Below, in pieces: positions 51,720-60,948 of a DNA stretch of 64,000 nucleotides. Position 1 is the stretch's first letter. Each line of letters starts with the position of its first letter. The translations under genes were made by a program, and so were the position numbers. A model generated the notes under the pieces. The model was not told where the DNA came from and ran no database searches. It saw nothing but the letters and a program-made list of their open reading frames with translations. The stretch comes from a virus (Duplodnaviria > Caudoviricetes): positions 96,001-160,000 of IMG/VR virus record IMGVR_UViG_3300031555_004524; one strand, written 5' to 3'.

Positions 51720-52568
51720 TTAAATTGCAATTGGAATATTCTTAATTTGTGGTCCAGCTTCATAATTATCCAGTCTTACATCATCTGGTGTAAAGTCATA
51801 AAAATCTTTAATCTCAGGATTCAGCCAAAGTGTTGGCGCTGGAAGGGGCTCTCTACTGATTAATTCTTCAATTAAAGGAATATGTCTATCATATATATGA
51901 GCATCTGCTATTACATGCACAAACTCTCCAACTTGCATATCACATACTTGTGCTATCATATGTAACAATATTGCATATTGACATACATTCCAATTGTTAG
52001 CTGCAAGTACATCCTGTGAACGTTGATTTAAAATTCCATTTAATATAAGTTTATCACAATCTTTTTCTTTTGTTACATTGAATGTCATACTATATGCACA
52101 TGGATAAAGATTCATTTCATGAAGATCTTGATGTACATAGATATTTGTCATAATGCGACGACTATAAGGATTATTTTTGAGATCATATATAACTCTATCT
52201 ACTTGATCCATCATTCCTTCTTTATACTGATGCTTAATTCCAAGCTGATATCCATACGCTTTTCCAATAGAACCGTTTTCATCAGCCCAACTGTCCCAAA
52301 TATGTGGTTTTAAATCATGAATATTATTAGATTTCTTTTGCCAAATCCAAAGAATTTCATCAGTACAACTTTTTATACCAGTTTTTCTTAAAGTTAATGC
52401 TGGAAATTCTTTTCGTAAATCATAACGATTAACAACTCCAAATTTCTTAATAGTATAAGCTGGTGTTCCGTCTTCCCATTTTGGGCGCACCTTTTCACCT
52501 TCAGTGCTTGTGCCATTATCAATAATATCTCGACACATATTTATGAATACTTGATCTGCGTAACTCAT
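51720..52568 (-). CDS. thyA: Thymidylate synthase
   Basis: SRR, LYPCAY, NQRSQD, NWN..QY, DAHIYDRH. Confidence 0.97.
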   Translation of the reverse strand: MSYADQVFINMCRDIIDNGTSTEGEKVRPKWEDGTPAYTIKKFGVVNRYDLRKEFPALTLRKTGIKSCTDEILWIWQKKSNNIHDLKPHIWDSWADENGSIGKAYGYQLGIKHQYKEGMMDQVDRVIYDLKNNPYSRRIMTNIYVHQDLHEMNLYPCAYSMTFNVTKEKDCDKLILNGILNQRSQDVLAANNWNVCQYAILLHMIAQVCDMQVGEFVHVIADAHIYDRHIPLIEELISREPLPAPTLWLNPEIKDFYDFTPDDVRLDNYEAGPQIKNIPIAI

Positions 52569-52619
52569 AGTATTTCCTCCTTTTACTATATTAATTATAT
52601 ATTTTTATCTATATAAAAA

Positions 52620-52782
52620 ATAAAAAAATAAATTGATATATAGTAGAGAGTTTAATAAGGGGAGATTATTAAACTCTCTACATATAACGATACACTTGCA
52701 ATAACTGGGAGTATTATAGTTAGTTATTGCTATATATGATAAAACCAAATAATATAAGAAGGAGAGCATCTTATATTATCAC
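52620..52782 (-). ncRNA. Candidate small RNA or thyA leader with three hairpins bearing C/U-rich loops
   Basis: Early promoter 52780-52796; hairpins ~52749-52779, ~52698-52730, ~52644-52680; long U-tail. Confidence 0.55.
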
Positions 52783-52829
52783 ATTTATAATATATAACCA
52801 AAAATACGATTATTATCAATTATATCAAT

Positions 52830-53087
52830 TTAAAATTTTCGTTTAAAAATTACCCAATCATGCATAAAATCTACATCAGCTAATAATTCTTTTACCAAAT
52901 ATGCTTCGTGAATAGATTCGTATCCAGTCGCATGATTAAAATTTTTAGCTAAAGGTATTTCATCCATATAATTATCGTTTATAGATATATCTAGTATATC
53001 CTTATTTCCAGAATAATATACAAACCTACATCCATATTTTCTATTATTTTTATATTTTTTCCTACCTATAATATAATCTGTAGCCAT
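52830..53087 (-). CDS. Hypothetical protein
   Basis: 85-aa ORF, AGGAGG RBS. Confidence 0.7.
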   Translation of the reverse strand: MATDYIIGRKKYKNNRKYGCRFVYYSGNKDILDISINDNYMDEIPLAKNFNHATGYESIHEAYLVKELLADVDFMHDWVIFKRKF

Positions 53088-53094
53088 ATTATAT

Positions 53095-53916
53095 TTACCT
53101 CCTGGATTGAAAATATATATTGGATATATATTGAAACATCATTCTTATAATATTTAAATTGTAATTTATATCTATCATCTTTTTCGATTCTTTGTCATCT
53201 AGAACTGCCCATATTTTATATTCACTATTTTTTATAGAAAACATAGAATATGAATTAAATTCCCTATAATATCCAGAATCCAATTCTAATGATACATAAT
53301 CCATATTAAACGTTATTATAGCACCAAGTGCTGATTCTACTCTACCAGATTCTACTTCATAGAATATATATTTAATAAAATCAGATAAATATTCTTCATG
53401 AATCTTATAAGAATCACCTAATCCTTTTACAACATATTGCTCTATCTTATTTATTCTATCATAATGATAAAAACATTCAACATTATTACCCAATCCAGTA
53501 AATAGCATATATGATGTATATACATGCTTTTCAATAAATTTAATAAACCCAAAATCAGTATATTGTAATGCTCTTCCAATAATAAATACAGCATCATTTT
53601 TTATACAAAGTATTTCATGATCTTGAATATTATTTGCTTCAAATAATTGTTTCTTTGCTTCAACAATACCTTGTTTCAATGCTTTATCTATTTTTTCATC
53701 TTTCTGTAACATGCCAATTTCAACTTGTCGTACTTCTCTTGGGGCTACTAATAATCTATTATATAGTTTCTCCGATATTAACCCTTTAGAATATAATATA
53801 CTTATATTTGCTTTCTGTATATCATATTCTCTAATAAAATTATTAAAAATATATGGGATCTGAGAGTGATAATTCACTCTCTCCCATAAGTATTGTTGCT
53901 TTTGCATATATAACAA
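53095..53916 (-). CDS. Small family-B DNA polymerase palm-like protein
   Basis: IREYDIQKANISIL (motif A-like) and LCIKNDAVFII (motif C-like). Confidence 0.5.
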   Translation of the reverse strand: MLYMQKQQYLWERVNYHSQIPYIFNNFIREYDIQKANISILYSKGLISEKLYNRLLVAPREVRQVEIGMLQKDEKIDKALKQGIVEAKKQLFEANNIQDHEILCIKNDAVFIIGRALQYTDFGFIKFIEKHVYTSYMLFTGLGNNVECFYHYDRINKIEQYVVKGLGDSYKIHEEYLSDFIKYIFYEVESGRVESALGAIITFNMDYVSLELDSGYYREFNSYSMFSIKNSEYKIWAVLDDKESKKMIDINYNLNIIRMMFQYISNIYFQSRR

Positions 53917-53919
53917 CCT

Positions 53920-54462
53920 CTATCCAATTTGCATTTTTGTAACTAAATATGCATATCTAGCATTATCTGAATCCAAAAAAGATAATCCTTGAATGGAGAA
54001 TGATCCTTTTTCGTTTTCAGATAATGAACTAAGTGGCATTATATCTTCAGGTTCATTAATAATTATACAATTATATCCATATCTATTATAAATAAGATTG
54101 CTTAATAAATCAAATATTAACGAATCTGGTTTTGTTAAAATAACCACATCTTCCCCATTATATAATAATGTAATTATTTGCATTATTGTTAAAAATAACC
54201 CATCGTTATAAATGATATAATCTTCAAAAGCTTTTTCTTGATGAGAATATTCCAGACGAACAATTTCGTCTGGAATATCTATATTTAACTTATTACTAGT
54301 TATACCTAATGGAGTAATCATGCCTACTATATTGCTATTATTATCAAGCTCAAACACGTTTATATTAGGATAATTATATCGTGTCCAATATAAACAATCT
54401 GCTGGTTCGAAAATAAGCATTATATTATACCTCCATCTTTGTAAATAATGGCATCTGTACAC
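53920..54462 (-). CDS. Hypothetical protein (probable start 54420), paralogue of next gene
   Basis: GGAGG RBS before MLIFEP; IITLLYNGEDVVIL...LIYNRYG. Confidence 0.65.
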   Translation of the reverse strand: MYRCHYLQRWRYNIMLIFEPADCLYWTRYNYPNINVFELDNNSNIVGMITPLGITSNKLNIDIPDEIVRLEYSHQEKAFEDYIIYNDGLFLTIMQIITLLYNGEDVVILTKPDSLIFDLLSNLIYNRYGYNCIIINEPEDIMPLSSLSENEKGSFSIQGLSFLDSDNARYAYLVTKMQIG

Positions 54463-55087
54463 CTTGATTTCTGCAGCTTAATAATTTATCTTTATAATCT
54501 CCAACAAGTTTAACAAATGTCATATCATCTACATTAACAGGAATATGCCATTTTTCGCATAACTCCTGTCTTAATCTTCCAATTGTTACTGGGTCTAATG
54601 TGTCTACAATCATTACATAATCAACACCATTAATTATATTATATGCATATAATAACTGAGCATTGAACATGTCATATCCTTCATCATATCCAGCTGCTGT
54701 ACTTGTAGTTTCAACAGATATACCAAAGTTGTATAAGAAATGATCCAATAAAATATCAGAATATCCAAATTCTAATACATCTTTTGGGAAATATAATACA
54801 ATATTTGCTCCCATATATAAAGACCCAATAATAGATGCAAACATTTCATTTGCAGCTTTTTGTCTAAGTGTATGTTTATATGCTCCAGCAAAATCTTTCT
54901 GTCTGCCATCAACAAACATTCCCAATTCAGCATAACTTGGAACTAATGATGCTGCTTTACAGAATCTAATTCCATGAGGATCAGTATCCATAGGATCACC
55001 CATATAGATAGCCTGAGCCCCCTGTTTGATGAAACTATATACAACTTCAATATTTGAAGTTGCATGAATTTTTCCTTTAATAATCAT
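54425..55087 (-). CDS. Hypothetical protein
   Basis: 220 aa, GGGAGG RBS; IIGSLYMGANIVLY...FLYNFG. Confidence 0.75.
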   Translation of the reverse strand: MIIKGKIHATSNIEVVYSFIKQGAQAIYMGDPMDTDPHGIRFCKAASLVPSYAELGMFVDGRQKDFAGAYKHTLRQKAANEMFASIIGSLYMGANIVLYFPKDVLEFGYSDILLDHFLYNFGISVETTSTAAGYDEGYDMFNAQLLYAYNIINGVDYVMIVDTLDPVTIGRLRQELCEKWHIPVNVDDMTFVKLVGDYKDKLLSCRNQGVQMPLFTKMEV

Positions 55088-55113
55088 AATATAAACCTCC
55101 CTATTATATATTT

Positions 55114-56454
55114 TTAATATCCTGAAATTGTTCCATTGATATTGATTGTTTCATGTTTAACTTCTTCATCTCTACCACTTACAACAATCTTATCAATAAT
55201 TTCAACTTCTGGTTCTGACTTATTACATTTGCAGTTTCCATCACATTTTCCATCACATTCGCATTGATGATCTTTTGTAACTTCAACTGCGTTTGAATCA
55301 ACTACATTTCCTTCATAATAGTATGGTTCTGCAACTGGAATATCTGCAGGTTCTACTACTTCTGCAACTACTTCATCCTGGACAGGTTCATTTTTAGAAT
55401 ACATAGTTTTATTTAACCCATTTCCATATTCAGAAGAAGGTCTACTATTCTGATTAACTGGTGAATATATATTAACTTCAACTTTATGTTTCTTAGGCTC
55501 TTCCTTTACAATAGTATCTAAAGAATCAGCTTTCTCTTTTATCGGATCTTCAATACTAATCTTCGGAAGCTTGCGTTTCTTTTCTTCTCTAATAGGTTTT
55601 GTTGGTAATACATCTGAAGCGTTTGTTGTTTTAATAACTTTAACTACTTCATTACCCTGATAAATTTCAATTCTCATACCTTTACCTCCTCTTTTTTGTA
55701 TGATTATATCTTTAGTCTCTTCCAATTTTTGTAATTCTTGTGCAATATATCTAGCACCACATTTGGTACATATTAGATGGTTAAAACCTGCGTCATAATC
55801 TATTTCCCCTCCACATATGTGTCTATCAGAAATTTTCTTTTGACAAAATATTTTATTTCCATCTAATTCATATACGTATGGAAAATCTAGAAATACTACA
55901 CCAAATCCTTCTCTCACTCCAACATTTTGGAAGAATCTTGTACCTATATCATCCATAACATATTTACCTATAATCTTTGTATTGATTACATCAAATACAT
56001 CAGATGCAATATAAGCATATTCTTCTAATGTTTGAACTGGATTTACTCTTTCAAATAAACCTACAGTTCCACATGGACTAACTTCAAAACATTTTGTAAC
56101 AAAAGGAGCTAATAAAAATTGATTATAATATTCTCTTGGGGAGTCTTTCAAACCAACTCTATCTAATGCTACTTTTATTACAATTCTAGTATCTTCTAAA
56201 TGTTTATATACAACTCTGTTAGTACCAGAAGCCAATTTCTTAAATCCTCTTGGTACTAATATATCGTTAATTAGTTGATACTTTAACTTTGGTTTTGATG
56301 TATATTTTATACTTAATGCAATATTATTAAGTTGCTGTATGTCTTGAGGTGTAAGATATGTTAATAATGGTCTTGCTGATAATGCATCAAAAGAAAAATC
56401 TAATGGATTCATATCTTTTGTATATAGCATATCTAGCACAGTAATTCTTGCCAT
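55114..56454 (-). CDS. Protein-kinase-like protein with Zn ribbon and disordered tail
   Basis: LASGTNRVVY (Gly loop), IVIKVA, helix-C E, DDIG....N, FLDF; C...CGG...CTKCG. Confidence 0.65.
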   Translation of the reverse strand: MARITVLDMLYTKDMNPLDFSFDALSARPLLTYLTPQDIQQLNNIALSIKYTSKPKLKYQLINDILVPRGFKKLASGTNRVVYKHLEDTRIVIKVALDRVGLKDSPREYYNQFLLAPFVTKCFEVSPCGTVGLFERVNPVQTLEEYAYIASDVFDVINTKIIGKYVMDDIGTRFFQNVGVREGFGVVFLDFPYVYELDGNKIFCQKKISDRHICGGEIDYDAGFNHLICTKCGARYIAQELQKLEETKDIIIQKRGGKGMRIEIYQGNEVVKVIKTTNASDVLPTKPIREEKKRKLPKISIEDPIKEKADSLDTIVKEEPKKHKVEVNIYSPVNQNSRPSSEYGNGLNKTMYSKNEPVQDEVVAEVVEPADIPVAEPYYYEGNVVDSNAVEVTKDHQCECDGKCDGNCKCNKSEPEVEIIDKIVVSGRDEEVKHETININGTISGY

Positions 56455-56466
56455 ATATTACACCTC

Positions 56467-57288
56467 CTATAATCTTACAGGATTACTATCCACAATAGCT
56501 TTAATAAATTGAGCTCGTCTTTCTTCATATTCATTTTTCAGCTTTTGTGGTAATGATATTTCTAAGTCATCTACAGTTACCATTGGATTAAATATTGGAT
56601 TTGTGTTATTATTTAGATTATGCATACTAATTAATTCAGCAAAGCTTTCATGATTATATAATCTACCTATATTTCTGCTCTGCGATTCATATTTTGCTTT
56701 AACAACCATTTCCATATATCTATCAGTAGCTATACCTTCCAAGAATTCTATTAGTGATTCATTTTTACTTTGATTTGATTCACTATTTGCAGTTTGTGCT
56801 AATTGATAATAATATTGTTCTCTTTGCACTTGCTGCACTTCATTTAAATAAGATAATCGTTCCATATTCATATCATGCATTTCTCTTTTATAAATCTTCT
56901 GCATATTCTCCAATGAATATTGACTATCTAGAGTTTCTTGATCAACGATACCATTATTAAAATAAAATTCAGACGCTCTCACTAATCTTTTTCTAAGATT
57001 GATACCGCTGTTATATTCTCTTTTTCTCCTTTCTTCCTCTTCTTCTTGCATTCGTCTAATCTCTAATGGATCATACGATACATACCCATAACCATATCCA
57101 AAATTATATCCTCCGCTATATCCAGCACCACCAATAGGGACAGCATTTTGATATGCTGTCCCGTAATATGGCTGTGTATATTGTTGAGGTGAGTAACTCT
57201 GCTGTTGTTGTAATAGGTATGGATTTGTTATTCCTTGATTATATTGCATGGAATTTATCCTCCTTCTATTATATAATATACTATTCAA
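56467..57288 (-). CDS. Hypothetical protein with Q/Y/G-rich N-terminus (probable start 57249)
   Basis: AAGGAGG RBS before MQYNQ. Confidence 0.75.
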   Translation of the reverse strand: MNSILYNRRRINSMQYNQGITNPYLLQQQQSYSPQQYTQPYYGTAYQNAVPIGGAGYSGGYNFGYGYGYVSYDPLEIRRMQEEEEERRKREYNSGINLRKRLVRASEFYFNNGIVDQETLDSQYSLENMQKIYKREMHDMNMERLSYLNEVQQVQREQYYYQLAQTANSESNQSKNESLIEFLEGIATDRYMEMVVKAKYESQSRNIGRLYNHESFAELISMHNLNNNTNPIFNPMVTVDDLEISLPQKLKNEYEERRAQFIKAIVDSNPVRL

Positions 57289-57312
57289 AAATATATTCTA
57301 TAATACAAGATT

Positions 57313-58266
57313 TTAATAACCTTCTTCTACATTAAAGAATTCATCATCATAATTATTAGGTCTAGAATTAACATATGATCTAAGAGATTTTTGATCTACA
57401 AATATAGGAATAATTTTAGTCAATATTTCATCTATAGTATGAGATATTGCATCATGTAATGAAGTAAGACAATCATTTACTATAGTTGTCATTATTTTCT
57501 CAACAGTTTCATATCCGATAATACCAATCATATTACATAATTTAATATGAATATTATCATATAATATAACAATTACTTTATTTGGAATTTCTATATGATA
57601 TCTTGTATATGTTTCAACCACATTATCCATACTTGAATTTTCTGGTATATTATATGCGTCTACTTCTCTATATACAGTCTGATATATAACTTGATATATA
57701 GATGAATTTGAACCTGATACGTTATATGAATCCTTTACAATATTACTAAGAAGATTTTGTGATAATGTAATCGTATCAAATTCTGGAAATTCTTTCTTAA
57801 TAATTTCAAACATGTAAGACATATAAGCTGTAATAAGATCCAGAACAATAGTAGCAATATATCCTCTAAATGTCTGATCATTAATATATACTTCTGCATT
57901 TATTTCATTTTTAAAAGTATGCTCAGATATAATACCAGTTCTAACCAAATCTAATAAGTCATAAATATAATTTTTACTAAAATCTCCTTTCTGAATTAAT
58001 AGATGATCATATACTGATAATGATTTACTATCACCAAATTCAATAACATTTTTATTTTTAGTAATACCTACTGGCTCATAATAAAACTCTTTATCACTTT
58101 TTGTAATTTTAGTCATATCAGTATTAGGTGTTATTGGAGTTGGAATAATTTCCTGCAAGGGTTCTAATTTTTTAAACAATTTAATCAATGCTTTAGAAGG
58201 TTTAGCAACTTCTTTTTCATTTTCCACTAAAACTGGGTATTCCTTTTTCATTTCTTTTTTCTTCAT
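57313..58266 (-). CDS. Hypothetical protein
   Basis: 317-aa ORF, GAGG RBS. Confidence 0.75.
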   Translation of the reverse strand: MKKKEMKKEYPVLVENEKEVAKPSKALIKLFKKLEPLQEIIPTPITPNTDMTKITKSDKEFYYEPVGITKNKNVIEFGDSKSLSVYDHLLIQKGDFSKNYIYDLLDLVRTGIISEHTFKNEINAEVYINDQTFRGYIATIVLDLITAYMSYMFEIIKKEFPEFDTITLSQNLLSNIVKDSYNVSGSNSSIYQVIYQTVYREVDAYNIPENSSMDNVVETYTRYHIEIPNKVIVILYDNIHIKLCNMIGIIGYETVEKIMTTIVNDCLTSLHDAISHTIDEILTKIIPIFVDQKSLRSYVNSRPNNYDDEFFNVEEGY

Positions 58267-58332
58267 TTTTCTCTACCTCACTTTTATCCTTTTATTTTTA
58301 TTTTATGGTTATAGTGCTGTTTAATGTTTAAA

Positions 58333-58737
58333 TCATATCTTATAAATTCCAGCTTCAATATTTTGTGTAAATATATGAATTAAATTATATAATTGATCAA
58401 ATTTGAATATTTTATTTCTAATAAATGCAAATTTAGCATATTTTTTCGGATGGTATATAATTTTATTATATATAAATTTACATAAAATATATTTAGAACC
58501 TGTTGTGGTTATATTATACAATATTCCCACAGGGACACTATCTACAATTTTTGCCAATTCAGGTTTATCATCATCTGCAGAGGTGCCACATAATTTATCA
58601 CAAAGGTAATCTTTTAATAATTCTTTTATATAAATTATACGCTGATAATTAGTACAATCGCTAAATGTATCAGAATTTACAATAATTGTGCGTTCTGATT
58701 CTGAACTTATTATTTCAATTCTACACATAACTATCAA
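58333..58737 (-). CDS. Hypothetical protein
   Basis: 134-aa ORF, AAGGAG RBS. Confidence 0.6.
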   Translation of the reverse strand: MIVMCRIEIISSESERTIIVNSDTFSDCTNYQRIIYIKELLKDYLCDKLCGTSADDDKPELAKIVDSVPVGILYNITTTGSKYILCKFIYNKIIYHPKKYAKFAFIRNKIFKFDQLYNLIHIFTQNIEAGIYKI

Positions 58738-59411
58738 CTCCTTCCTATTAATTTAAAATATTTTTCAAAATCAATATTATCTGAATATACAGATTTGAAT
58801 AAATAATCCCGTTTACAATCCAATGCAACTTTTTTACCTATTAATAGCTGATCTCTTGTAAATCGGTCTATATCACTATTACATTTCATAAGAAACATAG
58901 CAAAAGCCATATCTAAATTAATATGATTATCTCGCTGAAAATCATTCATAAATTTTTGAACATGGCGTTTATTATTACAATCTTTATGTCCATCTACATG
59001 GTAAAATCTAACGTTAATATTATAATACGTTATAATCTTTATACAATCTAAAAATATAGATTGATTGGCAACTTCCATTCCCGATGATGAATACATTTTT
59101 CCACTGCGTACATTTTTTATCCAATTTTTAATCCAATCATTTAATCCATTTACTGTAATTAATGAATCTGAAAATATATTTATATTTTTAACCTGTGGAA
59201 AATTTGCTGCATATAATAATGCCATTTTTATAGCATATACTTCTCCTTCATTATTAGTAGAATTTAATAAGCATTTAGATAAAGCATGACATGGTTCATT
59301 TCCATAATATGCTATATATCCAGGTGCAGAAAATATTCCATCTACTGAAGCATCTGTAAATATATTCAAAGTATCATAGGTAAATACCATACTTTTTTCT
59401 AATATTGGCAT
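58734..59411 (-). CDS. rnhA: Ribonuclease HI
   Basis: IFTDAS, TNNEGE, IFSDS, W...W, VANQ, HVDGH. Confidence 0.92.
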   Translation of the reverse strand: MPILEKSMVFTYDTLNIFTDASVDGIFSAPGYIAYYGNEPCHALSKCLLNSTNNEGEVYAIKMALLYAANFPQVKNINIFSDSLITVNGLNDWIKNWIKNVRSGKMYSSSGMEVANQSIFLDCIKIITYYNINVRFYHVDGHKDCNNKRHVQKFMNDFQRDNHINLDMAFAMFLMKCNSDIDRFTRDQLLIGKKVALDCKRDYLFKSVYSDNIDFEKYFKLIGRS

Positions 59412-59482
59412 ATAATCCTCCTTTTTATGATAAAATATCCAGGTATACTTTAAGTATACCTGGATAATATTTATTTATTACT

Positions 59483-60016
59483 TTAATATGTAATTTCTTC
59501 CCATCCGAATCTAGAAACTATTGTATCATCTGGTAAAGCTTTTGGTGAGAATGCAGTATATGAGAGTTCAATACCTTCATATTCATCTCTATTATCTCTT
59601 CTAATTTTTAATGTCCATCCAAACTGGAACCCTTTATCTGTTTTAACTACACATCTATTTGATGATACCTGAATGGACCAAAATGGATTTTCTCCACCAA
59701 TTTTCATTTCTGGAACATTCTGTGTGAATTGATTAATGATCATATTTTTGCAGTCATCTGCAGTTAACTGATCAAATTCAAGCCCAAATGATTCATAATC
59801 AAAAAACTGTTTAATTTCTGGACAAAGATTGTATAAATCTGTTAAGATATAATCCATATATACATTTCCTGAATTATCCATTTCGATATCTACAATATTT
59901 TTTCTGAATGTAGTTGGTTTGAATCTTTCCACTTTCTGAGGTTTTTTATTATATTTTTTACCTCCATCATTATTTCTTGTTCTGTTTTTAAATTCTTTCA
60001 TTGATTTTGTTGACAT
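59483..60016 (-). CDS. Hypothetical protein
   Basis: 177 aa, AAGGAG RBS, early promoter 60070. Confidence 0.75.
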   Translation of the reverse strand: MSTKSMKEFKNRTRNNDGGKKYNKKPQKVERFKPTTFRKNIVDIEMDNSGNVYMDYILTDLYNLCPEIKQFFDYESFGLEFDQLTADDCKNMIINQFTQNVPEMKIGGENPFWSIQVSSNRCVVKTDKGFQFGWTLKIRRDNRDEYEGIELSYTAFSPKALPDDTIVSRFGWEEITY

Positions 60017-60098
60017 AATGCGTTGCTCTCCTTTTAGACTATAGAATTATTTTATTATTAAGATATTATCATAAAAATAATATATAACTAAAACACAA

Positions 60099-60922
60099 AA
60101 TAACCAGGATAGAAATTAATCTATCCTGGTTATTGTATATAATAATATGAAGGATTATACCAATATCAAACATGGAATATATGATATCAGAAGGCAATAA
60201 TTTTTGATGTTTGATATATGCAGCTTCATAATATTATGTTGTATAAAATAATTGGAGATGTCCCTCTAGTAATAAAGTACTAGAGGGTTACAGTCATGAA
60301 AAAAAAATCATTTTTACTACCTACATATATAATTTGAAGTTATACCATGTAAATACTATCCGTCCTACTATAATGTTATTATATTTATTAAAAAATATTT
60401 TGTTAGGAAGTCACCTCTAGCAAAATATATGCTAGAGGTAAAACAAAAGGTATTGGGTCATAAAATGATAAAAAAGATATACAAAAATGATAGAAATCGG
60501 CGAGTGAGCGTCGATAATAATCATTCTAATTAATTGTTTATAATAGTGTAATAAAATACATGAGAAATCCCAGTAGTATTACACTACTGGGAAACTCATT
60601 AATCAAGGAAATTCTGCCAAAATTAAAACTGATTAACATGAAGATTTTAAAAAATGTCATTTTCAGGAGAAATAAAAATGATACTCTTTGCTATTTTATA
60701 AATCCATCTTACATATTATAGCTAGTAATAGTATATATCATACTATACTTATATTATTGTTACATATAATGTAATTTTTTACAAAAATAATCCCTAGTGG
60801 GCACGCAACCACTAGGGATTATTTGTTGTTTCCGTTGCACGCGTTATGGCAACAATCATGGAATTTTTAAATGATTAAATACACAAAAGAGAGGATTCAA
60901 AAATGAACCCTACTATATTGTT
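60099..60922 (-). ncRNA. Cluster of five candidate late small RNAs (tandem promoter-terminator cassettes)
   Basis: AACA-N6-TA at 60911-60922, 60750-60761, 60527-60538, 60366-60377, 60229-60240, each followed by a GC-rich hairpin (60786-60823, 60560-60599, 60413-60439, 60262-60287, 60099-60134); no ORF of 60 aa or more. Confidence 0.65.
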
Positions 60923-60948
60923 ATTTGTTTAAAATTATATAAAGTTTT

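Noticed and set aside
673-59289. Numerous short opposite-strand ORFs in the track (e.g. 673-894, 6507-6917, 37389-37775, 38565-38924, 46160-46522, 19937-20308, 30256-31968)
   Set aside because: They lie antisense to long well-supported genes, lack an RBS and have the Ser/Ile/Leu-rich composition of shadow frames
60678-60932. + strand micro-ORFs MILFAIL and MNPTILLFV with good RBSs
   Set aside because: Promoter motifs and terminator tails point to minus-strand transcription; kept only as an alternative to the antisense sRNA model
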